This document shows, one piece after another, positions 33,758 to 43,945 of a stretch of DNA of 64,000 nt; positions within the stretch are counted from its first letter, which is position 1; each line of letters begins with the position of its first letter. This stretch comes from an uncultured Trueperaceae bacterium. Its GTDB lineage: Bacteria > Deinococcota > Deinococci > Deinococcales > Trueperaceae. Made by a program: the position numbers and the translations under genes. The stretch lies in the NCBI GenBank assembly GCA_963799485.1, contig CAWCXJ010000007.1:416001-480000 (forward strand). Reading direction: 5' to 3'. Under the pieces are notes generated by a model. The model was not told where the DNA came from, did no database searches, and worked only from the letters and a program-made list of their open reading frames with translations.

Positions 33758-34143
33758 ACCTCGACCTTGTAAGAAAGCCCCAAATCGTCCCCCGGCAGGC
33801 CGCGAATACCCCAGTTTTCTCGTGGCGTCTCGAGGAGGGTCAGCTCGAGGTCGTTCACCTCGTACCCAAGTTCCGCCGTAAAACGCCCATACAGCAGCCG
33901 AATCAGCCGTTTTTTTGCCTCTGCCGAACGACCTTCAAATATGTGAATCTCGAGAATCGTGTAGCGTTCTGAACGCCCTGCCGGAAAAATAAAGTCTTCG
34001 GGTTCTAATGGGAAAAACCTGTGAAACCGTTTGTCTTCGGGCAAGGCAAAGGCGTCTACCAAACAGCTGTGAATGAGGCTCGAAAGCTGTTTCCTGCACG
34101 TTTTGCGATGTGACGCCAGCGCGTACATTTTTACCTGTGCCAC
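33754..34143 (-). CDS. Tautomerase family protein
   Basis: (V)AQVKMY, PEDKRFHRF, FEGRSAEAKK and NWGIRGLPG. Confidence 0.85.
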   Translation of the reverse strand: MAQVKMYALASHRKTCRKQLSSLIHSCLVDAFALPEDKRFHRFFPLEPEDFIFPAGRSERYTILEIHIFEGRSAEAKKRLIRLLYGRFTAELGYEVNDLELTLLETPRENWGIRGLPGDDLGLSYKVEV

Positions 34144-34633
34144 GTGAGGGTGAACCCTTGAGCCTCGAGGTAAGCGTGCAAACTGTAGCCGCACTTTGCT
34201 AAACCGTTAAGAAGATTGTGCGCTGCACTGAGCGCATACGCCACTTCTTCCGGCGTCAAAAGCCCTTCGGTTTGCGCCTCTAAAAACTCATCCGTATCTG
34301 CAATATAGGCTGCCTGCCCTTCGACGACCACGATGTCAAGATAAAGGTCACGACTTGTCCAGCACGTTTCGTTCATCTCAAACGTCATCACATCCACGTA
34401 AAAGTCGTACCAAGCGTACTCGCTACCCGGCTGATGCCCCCAGCGGTTGACCTGAAGCCCCAGAGCGGGCAGCAAATACGCTTCCATATAGGCGATGCGC
34501 GGATGACCCACGAGAGGCCGCGCCAGATAGAGCCAGCCGTCGCCCTTTTGGTAACGGTCTACGGGGAACGCGCCTTTACTGACGATGTGTGTTCGTGCCT
34601 CCAAATCGTAGTAGGTAACTTTCGGCGCGTGCA

Positions 34634-34634
<1 letters not shown>
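34131..34634 (-). CDS. DUF402 domain protein
   Basis: FYVDV...SRDLYLDIVV...DTDEFLEA. Confidence 0.8.
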
Positions 34635-35209
<575 letters not shown>

Positions 35210-35289
35210 TGACAGCCTTTATCAGCAATGAGAATGAGAACGGCAGGAGTGTAGACATTTACTGCAGCCTGTTCGTTTGGTAGGGACGC

Positions 35290-35678
35290 TTTAAGACACC
35301 CAAGGTACGGAAACTTCTTCAGCGTAGACCGACAACTCTTCGAAAACTCCGACTTCTTTCGAGTAATCTAAATCAGTTCGATGCTAAAGCTGGTGAGACG
35401 CCCCTGCACAAGAAGCCTTAGCGAGGAAACGAAGCGGTGACATCATCGGCAGCAGCTGCGCTGCAGTAACCGACCACTTCAGCCGATTGGACATCTGGAC
35501 ACCGAGCACGGCTGTCGCTTGACGCGATAATCGCCAAATCTTTAGCGAAAGCACTCGGCGCGCTGCAAAGTAACAGCCGGAGGCTCTTGGGTGACGCTCG
35601 AGAAGTCCCCAAGCTCTCGCACCAGGTCAGCGAGAGCCAAAGCGTCGTCCACGCGTACATGCCCGTTGCAAATACTCA
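35290..35678 (-). pseudogene. Degraded gene remnants (GNAT-like, then four-helix-bundle-like fragments)
   Basis: An ATG overlapping the trpE stop gives MSIC..DDALALADLVRELG...; other frames give EVVGYC and HQL*HRTDLDY...FEELSVYAEEVS, with stops and shifts. Confidence 0.45.
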
Positions 35679-37115
35679 TTAGGCTTCAAATCCTTCTGTC
35701 GCCAATTCAACCGCCCGCACGAGCGCCGCCAACTTGTTCATACTCTCCTGATACTCGTACTCCGGGTCGGAATCGGCTACCACACCGCCCCCGGCTTGCA
35801 GGTGAATCTTGCCCCCCGTAATCACGGCGGTGCGGAGCGTCAACGCCATATCCATCGCGCCGGAGACCGACACGTAGCCGAACGCGCCCGCGTAGGGGCC
35901 ACGGCGAACGGTTTCCAACTCGTCGATAATCTCCATCGCCCGGATTTTCGGTGCGCCCGAAGCCGTCCCCATCGGCAGGGTCGAGGCGAGCGCGTCGAGC
36001 GGGGTCTTGTCTTCGGAAAGTCGGCCCTCAACCGTCGAGACGATGTGCATCACGTGGCTGTAGCGCTCTACGCGCATCAAGTCGGTAACACGCACGCTAC
36101 CGAACTCGCACACCCGCCCGAGGTCGTTGCGGCCCAAATCGACGAGCATGATGTGTTCAGCGCGTTCTTTGGCGTCGGCCAGCAGCTCGGTTTTGAGAAC
36201 ATCGTCTTCGGCAGCGTCCTTGCCGCGTTTACGAGTTCCGGCAATTGGCAGCGTTTCGACGTTTTTGCCGTCACTCCGTACCAGACTTTCGGGGCTGCTG
36301 GCAACCAAAGTCACCGGACCGAGGTCCAGATAACCCAGGTAAGGACTCGGATTGACGACGCGGAGCGCCCGGTAAAGCGCAAACGGATGAACGCCCAGCT
36401 CGGCGCTCAGGCGCTGGCTCGGCACAACCTGAAAAATGTCGCCGGCGTGGATGTATTCGACGGCCTTGGCAACGGCGTCCATGTACTGGTCTTTGCTAAC
36501 GTTCGGCGTAAAGCTGACGCGCCGCCCCGCCCGGTCGCCCGGAACGCCCGGAAGCGGCCCGCGCAACTTGCCGTAAAGTCCCTCGATAAGCGTGTGCGCC
36601 CGCGCCTCGTCCGCGTCGTTGCCGACTTCGGCGGGCGCAACCAAAAAGATACGCCGCTTGAGGTGGTCGAAGATAATCAGCGCTTCGGGTTCGATAAATA
36701 AAAGGTCGGGAACGCCCAACTCATCGGGGTTGGCGTCGGGCAAACTTTCGTACTGCCGGATGAGGTCGTAGGCGGCGTAACCGACGCTGCCGGCCCAGAA
36801 GTCGGGCAGGTTAGGGTCTTGTTCAGCACCCCGGACAGTCAAATCCCACAAGACGCGCAGTGGGTCGGCACTCTGAAAACTCTCTGCACCTTCGGGTGTG
36901 CTGACCTGTACGGTGCTGCCGCGCACCTCAATACGGCGGCGTTCACCGGTACCGATAAACGAATAGCGGGCGACGCGCTCGCCCTGCTCGACCGACTCGA
37001 GCAAAAAACTCGGGTGTCCGGCAACCTTGAGGTACGCGGTCAGCGGGGTCTCGAGGTCGGCTAGAACTTCTTTGTAGACAGGTTTGATGCGTGGCTTAGA
37101 GGTAGGGATAAGCAA
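35679..37115 (-). CDS. trpE: Anthranilate synthase component I
   Basis: DLETP, LLESVE, GDIFQVV, NPSPY, SPE, PIAGT, EHIMLVDLGRND and GAPKIRA. TTG start follows AAGGAG. Confidence 0.96.
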   Translation of the reverse strand: MLIPTSKPRIKPVYKEVLADLETPLTAYLKVAGHPSFLLESVEQGERVARYSFIGTGERRRIEVRGSTVQVSTPEGAESFQSADPLRVLWDLTVRGAEQDPNLPDFWAGSVGYAAYDLIRQYESLPDANPDELGVPDLLFIEPEALIIFDHLKRRIFLVAPAEVGNDADEARAHTLIEGLYGKLRGPLPGVPGDRAGRRVSFTPNVSKDQYMDAVAKAVEYIHAGDIFQVVPSQRLSAELGVHPFALYRALRVVNPSPYLGYLDLGPVTLVASSPESLVRSDGKNVETLPIAGTRKRGKDAAEDDVLKTELLADAKERAEHIMLVDLGRNDLGRVCEFGSVRVTDLMRVERYSHVMHIVSTVEGRLSEDKTPLDALASTLPMGTASGAPKIRAMEIIDELETVRRGPYAGAFGYVSVSGAMDMALTLRTAVITGGKIHLQAGGGVVADSDPEYEYQESMNKLAALVRAVELATEGFEA

Positions 37116-37223
37116 AGCTCCTTTTCAGGCTCGAGCGAAACACAGGTAAAACAACGGTGACACCAGCATATAAAAGCTTGGGTCAGAGACGCCATCGCTG
37201 AGGCTCGAGCTGAAAGGACAGCT
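37116..37223 (-). promoter_or_regulatory. Putative anti-SD/SD helix (translational attenuator) of trpE
   Basis: mRNA UCCUUUCAGCUCGAGC (37218-37203) is complementary, with two bulges, to GCUCGAGCCUGAAAAGGA (37136-37119), which contains the trpE SD. Confidence 0.6.
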
Positions 37224-37233
37224 TAAAACGCAT
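37183..37233 (-). CDS. trpL: Putative trp leader peptide MRFKLSFQLEPQRWRL
   Basis: 16-aa ORF with a Trp codon at 37192-37194. Extended -10 TGtTATACT lies 5 nt upstream of the ATG (leaderless). Confidence 0.62.
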   Translation of the reverse strand: MRFKLSFQLEPQRWRL

Positions 37234-37251
37234 GGCGCAGTATAACAGGCT

Positions 37252-38475
37252 TTAGCGGGGTGGAGCTGCCGGCACAGGCGTCGGCGTGGTGGCAATTCTC
37301 AGGTGGTAGTAGCGCCAGCCCAGATAGTTGAGCCCCAGCATCAGCGCCATCGCTACGGCGCGTTTAAGCCCTGACCCCAGCACCAGCGGGACGATAAAGC
37401 TCGAGATACCCGCAAACAACATCGTCTGGATAAACCCCTGCAACGACGCCGCCAAGCCCCGACTTTTGGGAAACAAATCGAGCGCGTAAAGCGTAACGAT
37501 CGGCCCTTGCAACGCCGCCCCGAGCGTATAAAAAACGAGCGGCAACACTGCCCACGGCACTTGCGGCGTAAAAAATACGTTGTAAACGAGGTTGAACACC
37601 GCCCCGCCGAGCATCAGCAGATAGCCGTAGCCGGCCACCCGCTCGGCAGACATACGTCCGGCAGTAAGGTTCACCAGCCACGAACCGCCGACCAGACCGA
37701 TCACCAGCGGGACGAACAACCAAGCAAACGCCGTATCGGGAAGCCCCAGGACGCCCAGGATAAAGTCCGACGACGACGCCACGTAGAGCAAAAAGCCGCC
37801 GAACCCGAACCCCAAAGACGCGACGAGCGCGACGAAACGACCGCTGCCGAAGATACTCAGGTAGGTGCGCGTGAGGGGCAAGGGGTGAAACGGCGTGCGC
37901 GCCTCGGCGGGCAGCGTTTCAGGGAGGGTCGCCAGCGCGACGAGCAGCAGGGTTCCGCCGAACAGCGTCAGAAAGACGAATACAGACTGCCAGCCGAAAA
38001 ACGCGTGCAGATAGCCGCCCAAAATCGGCGCGACCGCCGGGGCCAGGCCGAAGAGCATCGTAACCTGCGCCATCAGTTTGTGCGCCTGCGAACCCCCGAA
38101 GTAGTCGCGAATCATCGCCCGCCCGACGATCACGCCCGCCCCGGCTGCTGAACCTTGCAAGATGCGGAAGGCGAGGAGCCAGCCGAAACTCGGCGCGAAC
38201 GCGCAGCCAAGCGCGGCGACGACGTAAACGGCGAGAGAGACCAGAATCACCGGACGCCGCCCGAACGAGTCCGACAGCGCGCCGTGAAAGAGCATCATCG
38301 CCGCGAGCGCGACGAGGTAATAGGTCAACGTTCCCTGTACCTGCAGCAAACTTACGCCAAAATATTCGGCAATCGCCCCGAACGACGGAAAATAGGTATC
38401 GATAGAAAATGGGCCGAGTGCGGCCAGTCCTGCCAGAATAAGGGTAAGCCTCGAGCCTTTGACCTTTGCTTTCAC
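37252..38475 (-). CDS. Bcr/CflA family MFS efflux transporter
   Basis: GPFSIDTYFP, GALSDSFGRRPV, APAVAPILGG and LPETL. Start is approximate. Confidence 0.9.
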   Translation of the reverse strand: MKAKVKGSRLTLILAGLAALGPFSIDTYFPSFGAIAEYFGVSLLQVQGTLTYYLVALAAMMLFHGALSDSFGRRPVILVSLAVYVVAALGCAFAPSFGWLLAFRILQGSAAGAGVIVGRAMIRDYFGGSQAHKLMAQVTMLFGLAPAVAPILGGYLHAFFGWQSVFVFLTLFGGTLLLVALATLPETLPAEARTPFHPLPLTRTYLSIFGSGRFVALVASLGFGFGGFLLYVASSSDFILGVLGLPDTAFAWLFVPLVIGLVGGSWLVNLTAGRMSAERVAGYGYLLMLGGAVFNLVYNVFFTPQVPWAVLPLVFYTLGAALQGPIVTLYALDLFPKSRGLAASLQGFIQTMLFAGISSFIVPLVLGSGLKRAVAMALMLGLNYLGWRYYHLRIATTPTPVPAAPPR

Positions 38476-38648
38476 AGCCACCTCACCCTCGCACTTTAGC
38501 GTTTTGGCTTCGGTCTTACGTGTCTTGCCGGGTACAGGGGGGTACAGGGAAAGCAAAACTTACTGTAGCGCGGCCTACAAGCACGCCTAATGGTCTACAA
38601 TCGGCCCCAGGGCAAGCTATACCTACAAGCTATATCTGGAGGTTTGTT

Positions 38649-39158
38649 ATGGTACTTAACAACCGGCGTATCGGTTTCGGTCTCATTGTGGGCGGCGGTT
38701 TGCTGCTTATCGGTACGCTCCTCAGCAGGTCGGGCGCAGAATTGTGGCCCCTTTTTATCCTCGTACCGGGACTCGTCTTTTTGGCAGTTGCGGCCTTCGG
38801 GCCGTCAGGAACCGCAGGCTTGTTTATCCCTGGTAGCGTCCTGACAACCCTGGGTCTGCTCTTTTTCGTACAGGTCGCCACCGACCATTTCGAGAGCTGG
38901 GCCTACGCCTGGGCGCTTATCTGGGGTGCAGTCGGGGTCGGACTGCTGCTTCAGGGACGGCGCACCAAAAATTCCGGGCTTACAGGGCAGGGCAGGCGAC
39001 TGGTGGGGCCGGCTGCCGCCGCTTTTCTAATCGGCTTCGTCTTCTTTGAAGGGTTTATCTTCGGCGATACCGACAGCTGGCTTTTTCGCGTCGGTCTGCC
39101 GGTCGTCTTTATCGGTGCCGGGGCTTTTTTGCTGCTTAGACCCGGTTCGGAACGGTAG
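38649..39158 (+). CDS. Multi-pass membrane protein (LiaI/LiaF-like)
   Basis: GLIVGGGLLL, LWPLFILVPG and WAYAWALI; RBS GGAGG. Confidence 0.7.
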   Translation: MVLNNRRIGFGLIVGGGLLLIGTLLSRSGAELWPLFILVPGLVFLAVAAFGPSGTAGLFIPGSVLTTLGLLFFVQVATDHFESWAYAWALIWGAVGVGLLLQGRRTKNSGLTGQGRRLVGPAAAAFLIGFVFFEGFIFGDTDSWLFRVGLPVVFIGAGAFLLLRPGSER

Positions 39159-39223
39159 CGTGGGTTGCCAAGGGCCTGAAGGCTGTTGTAAACAGCGTAG
39201 AATACGGTCGCCGTAAACCGAGT

Positions 39224-39493
39224 TCAGGCAGGCTCGAGCGGTACCAGCCACCAGAGCAGCACGTACCCGATTGCCAGAATCCCGCCGGAAAAAAAAGTCG
39301 CTACCGAAAAGATGATTCTTACGGCTTTTGGACTTGCCCCGACGAACTCGGCAATACCGCCCAGTACACCCGTCAGTACCCGGTCTTGACGCGAGCGCCT
39401 TAGTTTGGCGTCGGTTTGAGGGCGACGGGCGCGGCGCTGATTATGGGGTAAAGCGTCGTGCGGCAGGGCGTCGGGTGAATCGGAGTCGTTCAT
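39224..39493 (-). CDS. PspC domain protein
   Basis: LRRSRQDRVLTGVLGGIAEF...YVLLWWLVP. Confidence 0.88.
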   Translation of the reverse strand: MNDSDSPDALPHDALPHNQRRARRPQTDAKLRRSRQDRVLTGVLGGIAEFVGASPKAVRIIFSVATFFSGGILAIGYVLLWWLVPLEPA

Positions 39494-39840
39494 GGCACTA
39501 CCTTAGCAAGCGGAAGTTGCGGGCGCAGCGCCGCATCTTGCAGGGCGGCGTGAACCTCGGCCTCGAGCCGCCGAATTTCGAGGCCCTCGTAAACATCGGG
39601 CAAAAGCGCCAGGTGCGCCAGAGCTTTCGCGTAGTTGCGCCGTCCACCGCGTGGATTATCCATCTTGTGCGCCTTGTGCAGCGCCGCCGCCAGCAAAATT
39701 ACACCCGCACAGAGGCGTTTTTGAAGTCCTTCCGCGCTCATCCACAGGGGTTCTAGTGCTTCGTGCGCTTCCCAGTATTCGCCCGCATTAAAAAGCTGCC
39801 CGCCTTCTAGCCACGCCGGATTGGAGGTTACCGCGCTCAC
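39490..39840 (-). CDS. DUF309 domain protein
   Basis: LFNAGEYWEAHEALEPLW. Confidence 0.9.
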   Translation of the reverse strand: MSAVTSNPAWLEGGQLFNAGEYWEAHEALEPLWMSAEGLQKRLCAGVILLAAALHKAHKMDNPRGGRRNYAKALAHLALLPDVYEGLEIRRLEAEVHAALQDAALRPQLPLAKVVP

Positions 39841-40223
39841 CTGTCGGCGTCCCGAAAAGCGCGTTCACGCCGTAAATCGTCCTCGATCAAAGACACGTCG
39901 CCCGCTTGCGACTCGACGTGGTGGCGCAGTTCATGGGTAAGGGTGTCCCAGAGTTCGGCTTCCCAGTCGAAACCGGGGTCGTGCTCGGCAAGGGCGGCGA
40001 ACGAGCCGTAGTAGAGTGCGATGTGACGACCCAACCCTTCACCGGCCCCTAAAAAGCTGCTCGGGCCGGGGTCCAGGTATTCGCCCAAACGGTAGACCTC
40101 GTGAAAGTTGGGCTCGAGTCTCACTTCAGGGAGCGCGTGAACCCCCTGCAAGTCGGTTAAAAACTCGTCCGGAATGTCTTCAACCATGTCCGCTAGAGCA
40201 GCTTCAAACTCGCTAAACGTCAT
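39837..40223 (-). CDS. Minimal zincin-like metallopeptidase family protein
   Basis: LGEY, IALYYGSF and TLTHELRHH. Confidence 0.8.
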   Translation of the reverse strand: MTFSEFEAALADMVEDIPDEFLTDLQGVHALPEVRLEPNFHEVYRLGEYLDPGPSSFLGAGEGLGRHIALYYGSFAALAEHDPGFDWEAELWDTLTHELRHHVESQAGDVSLIEDDLRRERAFRDADR

Positions 40224-40278
40224 CTGACAAGTTTACGCGCCGGACGCGCCCCGGGCGGTAGTGAGGTATCGTAAGCGC

Positions 40279-40857
40279 GTGTTAGCAACGACAACTGCGC
40301 CCAAACGCATCGTCGTCGGCGTTTCCGGCGGCAGCGGCTTGCGTTACGCTTTAGACCTCTTAAAGACGCTCCGAACGTTGCCGGTCGAAGTACATCTGGT
40401 GGTAACTAGCGGAGCCAAGCAGGTGATTCCTACAGAACTCGGCGAGACGCTGCCGGGGCTCGAGGCGCTGGCCGACGCCGTGCATAAAGACGCCGATTTG
40501 GGCGCGGCGATTTCGTCGGGCTCGTTCAGGGCGCACGGGATGGTGATTGTGCCGTGTTCTGCCGGGACGCTTGCCAAGGTCGCGCACGGGTTCGCCGACA
40601 ACCTGCTCGCGCGGGCGGCCCACGTCACGCTTAAAGAGCGGCGTCCGCTGGTTCTGGTCGTGCGTGAAGCGCCGTTTTCCAGGCCGATGCTGCAAAACAT
40701 GCTCGCCGCACATGACGCCGGGGCCGCCATCATGCCCGCGTCACCGGGGTTTTATCACCGTCCGGAGACGATAGCTGAACTCGTCGGGACGGTTACGGCG
40801 CGGACGCTCGACTTGTTGGGGCTTGAAAACACTAGGTCACCGAGATGGAAAGAATAA
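40279..40857 (+). CDS. ubiX: Flavin prenyltransferase
   Basis: VGVSGGSG, ISSGSF, PCSAGTL, LKERRPL..REAP and PGFYHRP. GTG 40279 follows TATCGT. Confidence 0.93.
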   Translation: MLATTTAPKRIVVGVSGGSGLRYALDLLKTLRTLPVEVHLVVTSGAKQVIPTELGETLPGLEALADAVHKDADLGAAISSGSFRAHGMVIVPCSAGTLAKVAHGFADNLLARAAHVTLKERRPLVLVVREAPFSRPMLQNMLAAHDAGAAIMPASPGFYHRPETIAELVGTVTARTLDLLGLENTRSPRWKE

Positions 40858-41501
40858 AGGTCGCGGCGCTGATTCCGGCAGCGGGGGAAGGCCTGCGGCT
40901 CGGGCGCGGCCCCAAAGCGCTCGTCGGTGTGGCGGGGGAGACCCTCTTAAACCGCGCAGTACAGGCGTTTGCCGGTCTGGTCGCTGAGGTTGTCGTGGCG
41001 GTAGCGCCGACGATGCCGGCGGGGCTCGAGCTTCCTCCGGACGTTCACCGGGTTTTAGGCGGAGCCACCCGCCAAGAAAGTGTTTACAGGCTTTTACGCG
41101 CAACCGACGCCGACGTGGTGCTTATCCACGACGCCGCGCGGCCCTTTTTGAGTTGCCGGATTATCGAAGATGTCATCGCTACAGCTAAACGTCACGGCGC
41201 GGCCTCAGTCGTAAATACCGTAGCCGACACGCTTATCGAAGCCCGCACCGGGCGCGTCATCGACCGGGGAACGCTCCGCGCGGTGCAGACGCCGCAAGGC
41301 TTTCGCCGGGAACTGATTTTAGCGGCGCACGACCACGCGCGGCGCTCGGGTTACGCCGCGACCGACGACGCGGGCCTGGTGCGTACTCTCGGTCACGAAG
41401 TCGCGCTTGTCGAGGGGAACAGCTGGCTGATGAAGGTGACGACCCAAGCCGACCTCGAGCTGGCTGAAGCCTTAGCCGCCGTCTGGGACACCCGGTGCTG
41501 A
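40845..41501 (+). CDS. ispD: 2-C-methyl-D-erythritol 4-phosphate cytidylyltransferase
   Basis: PAAGEGLRLG..PK, GGATRQESV, IHDAARP, QTPQ and TDD. Confidence 0.95.
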   Translation: MERIKVAALIPAAGEGLRLGRGPKALVGVAGETLLNRAVQAFAGLVAEVVVAVAPTMPAGLELPPDVHRVLGGATRQESVYRLLRATDADVVLIHDAARPFLSCRIIEDVIATAKRHGAASVVNTVADTLIEARTGRVIDRGTLRAVQTPQGFRRELILAAHDHARRSGYAATDDAGLVRTLGHEVALVEGNSWLMKVTTQADLELAEALAAVWDTRC

Positions 41502-42322
41502 CCCTTAACGCCTACGCCAAAGTCAACCTGGGGCTGAGCGTGCTGGGCCGCCGCACCGACGGGTTTCACGACGTGGACACGCTGATGGTGCGGCTTTTGC
41601 TGCACGACACGCTGACGCTGACCCCGGCTGAACGTGGCGTAAAGCTCGAGCTGACCGGCACTGGCCTCGAGATTCCACCCGCACAAAACCTCGCTTACCG
41701 CGCTGCTGAACTGTACTTTCGTGAGACGGGCGTAACCGGCGGGGTCGAGCTGGGGCTCGCAAAACGCATCCCCGTCGCCGCCGGTCTGGGCGGCGGTTCC
41801 GCCGACGCCGGCGCGGTTTTACGGGGGCTGGCGCAGCTCTACCCGGCAGATGTCGATATTTTGGCGCTCGCGGCGCAACTCGGCTCGGACGTGCCGTTTT
41901 TTACGGCAGCTTTGGGTGCGGCCCGCGCCACCGGACGCGGGGAAGTGCTCGAGCCTGTGACAACCCCTGAGCTTCACCTTGTCTTGGTCAATCCGGGCGT
42001 GGGGGTGAGTGCCGGAGCCGCATACGGACGTCTGGATAAGGTGACAGAACCGCTCGCGCTGCAAACTGTTTTACGGCAACTGGGGCAGAACGAAGAACCG
42101 GATTACTTCAATGCACTGACGGCTGGGGTGGTAGAGCTCGAGCCCGTCGTCGGTGAAGTTTTGAGCGTTTTACGGCAAACGGGTCTTCGGGGCGTGCTGC
42201 TGTCGGGGTCGGGTTCGACGTGTTTTGCTCTGGCGAAGGGTCAGCGTGAGGCGCAACTTATTGCGGCAACGCTGTAAGAGGCGTATCCAACGTGGTGGGT
42301 AAGCGCTACGCATACTTTTTAA
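41495..42322 (+). CDS. ispE: 4-diphosphocytidyl-2-C-methyl-D-erythritol kinase (in-frame TAA at 42275 before the last 14 codons)
   Basis: AKVNLGL, KRIPVAAGLGGGSADA, GSDVPFF and LSGSGST. The frame continues EAYPTWWVSATHTF after the stop. Confidence 0.9.
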
Positions 42323-42616
42323 CGGTCAGCCTAAACGCCGCTCTGGGTCGGTATGGTCGCGCACGAGCTGTTAAGAGTTCAGAAGCGTACCAGCCCGCCC
42401 GCAAAAACCAGCGGCACCGGACGCAGAGGTGGCTTCGGTACGTGGGCTTGTCTCGCTACCGTAAGACTTCGCCGGGGTCACGCGCGTTTTGCAGCACACC
42501 GTAGCGACCAGCGGCTTCTCTAGAACATGCGCCTGTCTTGCAGCGGTTTTGCACTTGCGCCAAAGCCCCGCGATGCCGCATAATCTGGGGAATAAACCAC
42601 AGCCCAGGAGGACGCC

Positions 42617-43945
42617 ATGCAGACCCCCGCCCCTGACCCTTACGCCGCGCCGCCCAGCGCGGGGGGTTCTGTCCGCTTCACCGGAACAGCCAAGCGGGCC
42701 GCCGCGGGCATGACCGGGCCTGGGCGCGTTGGCCCTGTTCATTTCCGCCTGTGGCGGCACCCCGCCCAAGCCGCCCGTGCCACCGGAATGTTGCGACCCC
42801 GCCGTGCCGGGCGACTGCGACACGAACCAATTAACCCAGCTCCTGCAACAAGGCCCCTTTGCCCTGAACAACCCCAATTTGGTAGGCAACTTGGGCGACA
42901 TTTACCCGGATGCGGTTGTTTGATCCCAACAGGCGGTCCGGAAGTTGTAAATGCCGATGAACAGATTGCATTTGTCACTGAAACGTTAACTTCCCGCTTT
43001 GGAGATAATAATCCAAAAATGCCAGCAAGGCAATTGGATATTATTCAGGACGCGAACGGCCTGATTTCCGAGAGTCCCAAACATTCGTGAAAGGGCAGGT
43101 CTGGCTACTCTTTTAGGTACACCAATGGAATCTATTATTGACTACTGGCGAGGAGATAAATCTGAAGCTTCACAATTAGACTGAAATTCTAACTAGCCGA
43201 GATGAACCTTACCTCTTGAAATTGTTGCTCAACTTCGTTTTTACGATGATGGAACTCAGCGTTTGGTTTTAAATCAGCCAACATATCGGCGAAAGACCTG
43301 AGCTAAAAGGGGTGATTATTGCCGGGGAAACCTTGCGGAATTTAAACCCGGATGAGGACGGCTATTACCAGCAGTTGATGTTGCGCGCTGGGCATTGCGG
43401 AAACCTGGAACCAGATGGTAAAAGCCAACCCGGACTTAGCCAGCCGGGAAACCTTTTTAACACAAGCGTACAACTATACGGCAATTGGCCGATTAAACAC
43501 CATTCAGCCCGATGGCCAGCTTGGCATTTTTACAGGCGATGGCAACTCTATTTTCCCAAACAGCCCCACCGAACAAGGACAAGCTATCAAAGCTTTTGCT
43601 GATTTGGAAGACTCTTCATACGATAATGATCAGGATCAGCTGGGCGCGATGGTGAAACCCATTACGCGGGCGCTTATCGCGGGCTCTGGCCATGAGGCGG
43701 AAGTAGACGGGATTACCACCTACCAGCAAGCCCTTAACCTGATTGAGCAATACTACACCGCTCTGAGCCCGGAAGCTCGGCTGGCCCTGGCGGAAACATA
43801 TCAATTGGACGTGCCGGACAGCAAGGTCTGCGAGGAGGTGCCGGTAGTGGGGTCAAAAAGCCTGAAGCTGGACACGCCCCGCGCCGTTCGGGAGTGGGGG
43901 CGCGTCCGGGCGCTGCGTCGTGAAAACGTCGTGGAGGGGCGGTGA
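42617..43945 (+). pseudogene. Degraded lipoprotein gene (several frameshifts), lower-GC core
   Basis: Fragments across frames: MQTPAP...AGMTG / LGALALFISAC (lipobox) GGTPPKPP... / LIPTGGPEVV... / MVKANPDLASRE... Confidence 0.55.

Noticed and set aside
35796..36701. 301-aa plus-strand ORF
   Set aside because: Antisense shadow of trpE.
37140..37180. Classical terminator/antiterminator for trp attenuation
   Set aside because: Only a weak GGTG/CACC pairing with no usable loop and no strong stem plus U-tract; the anti-SD model fits better.
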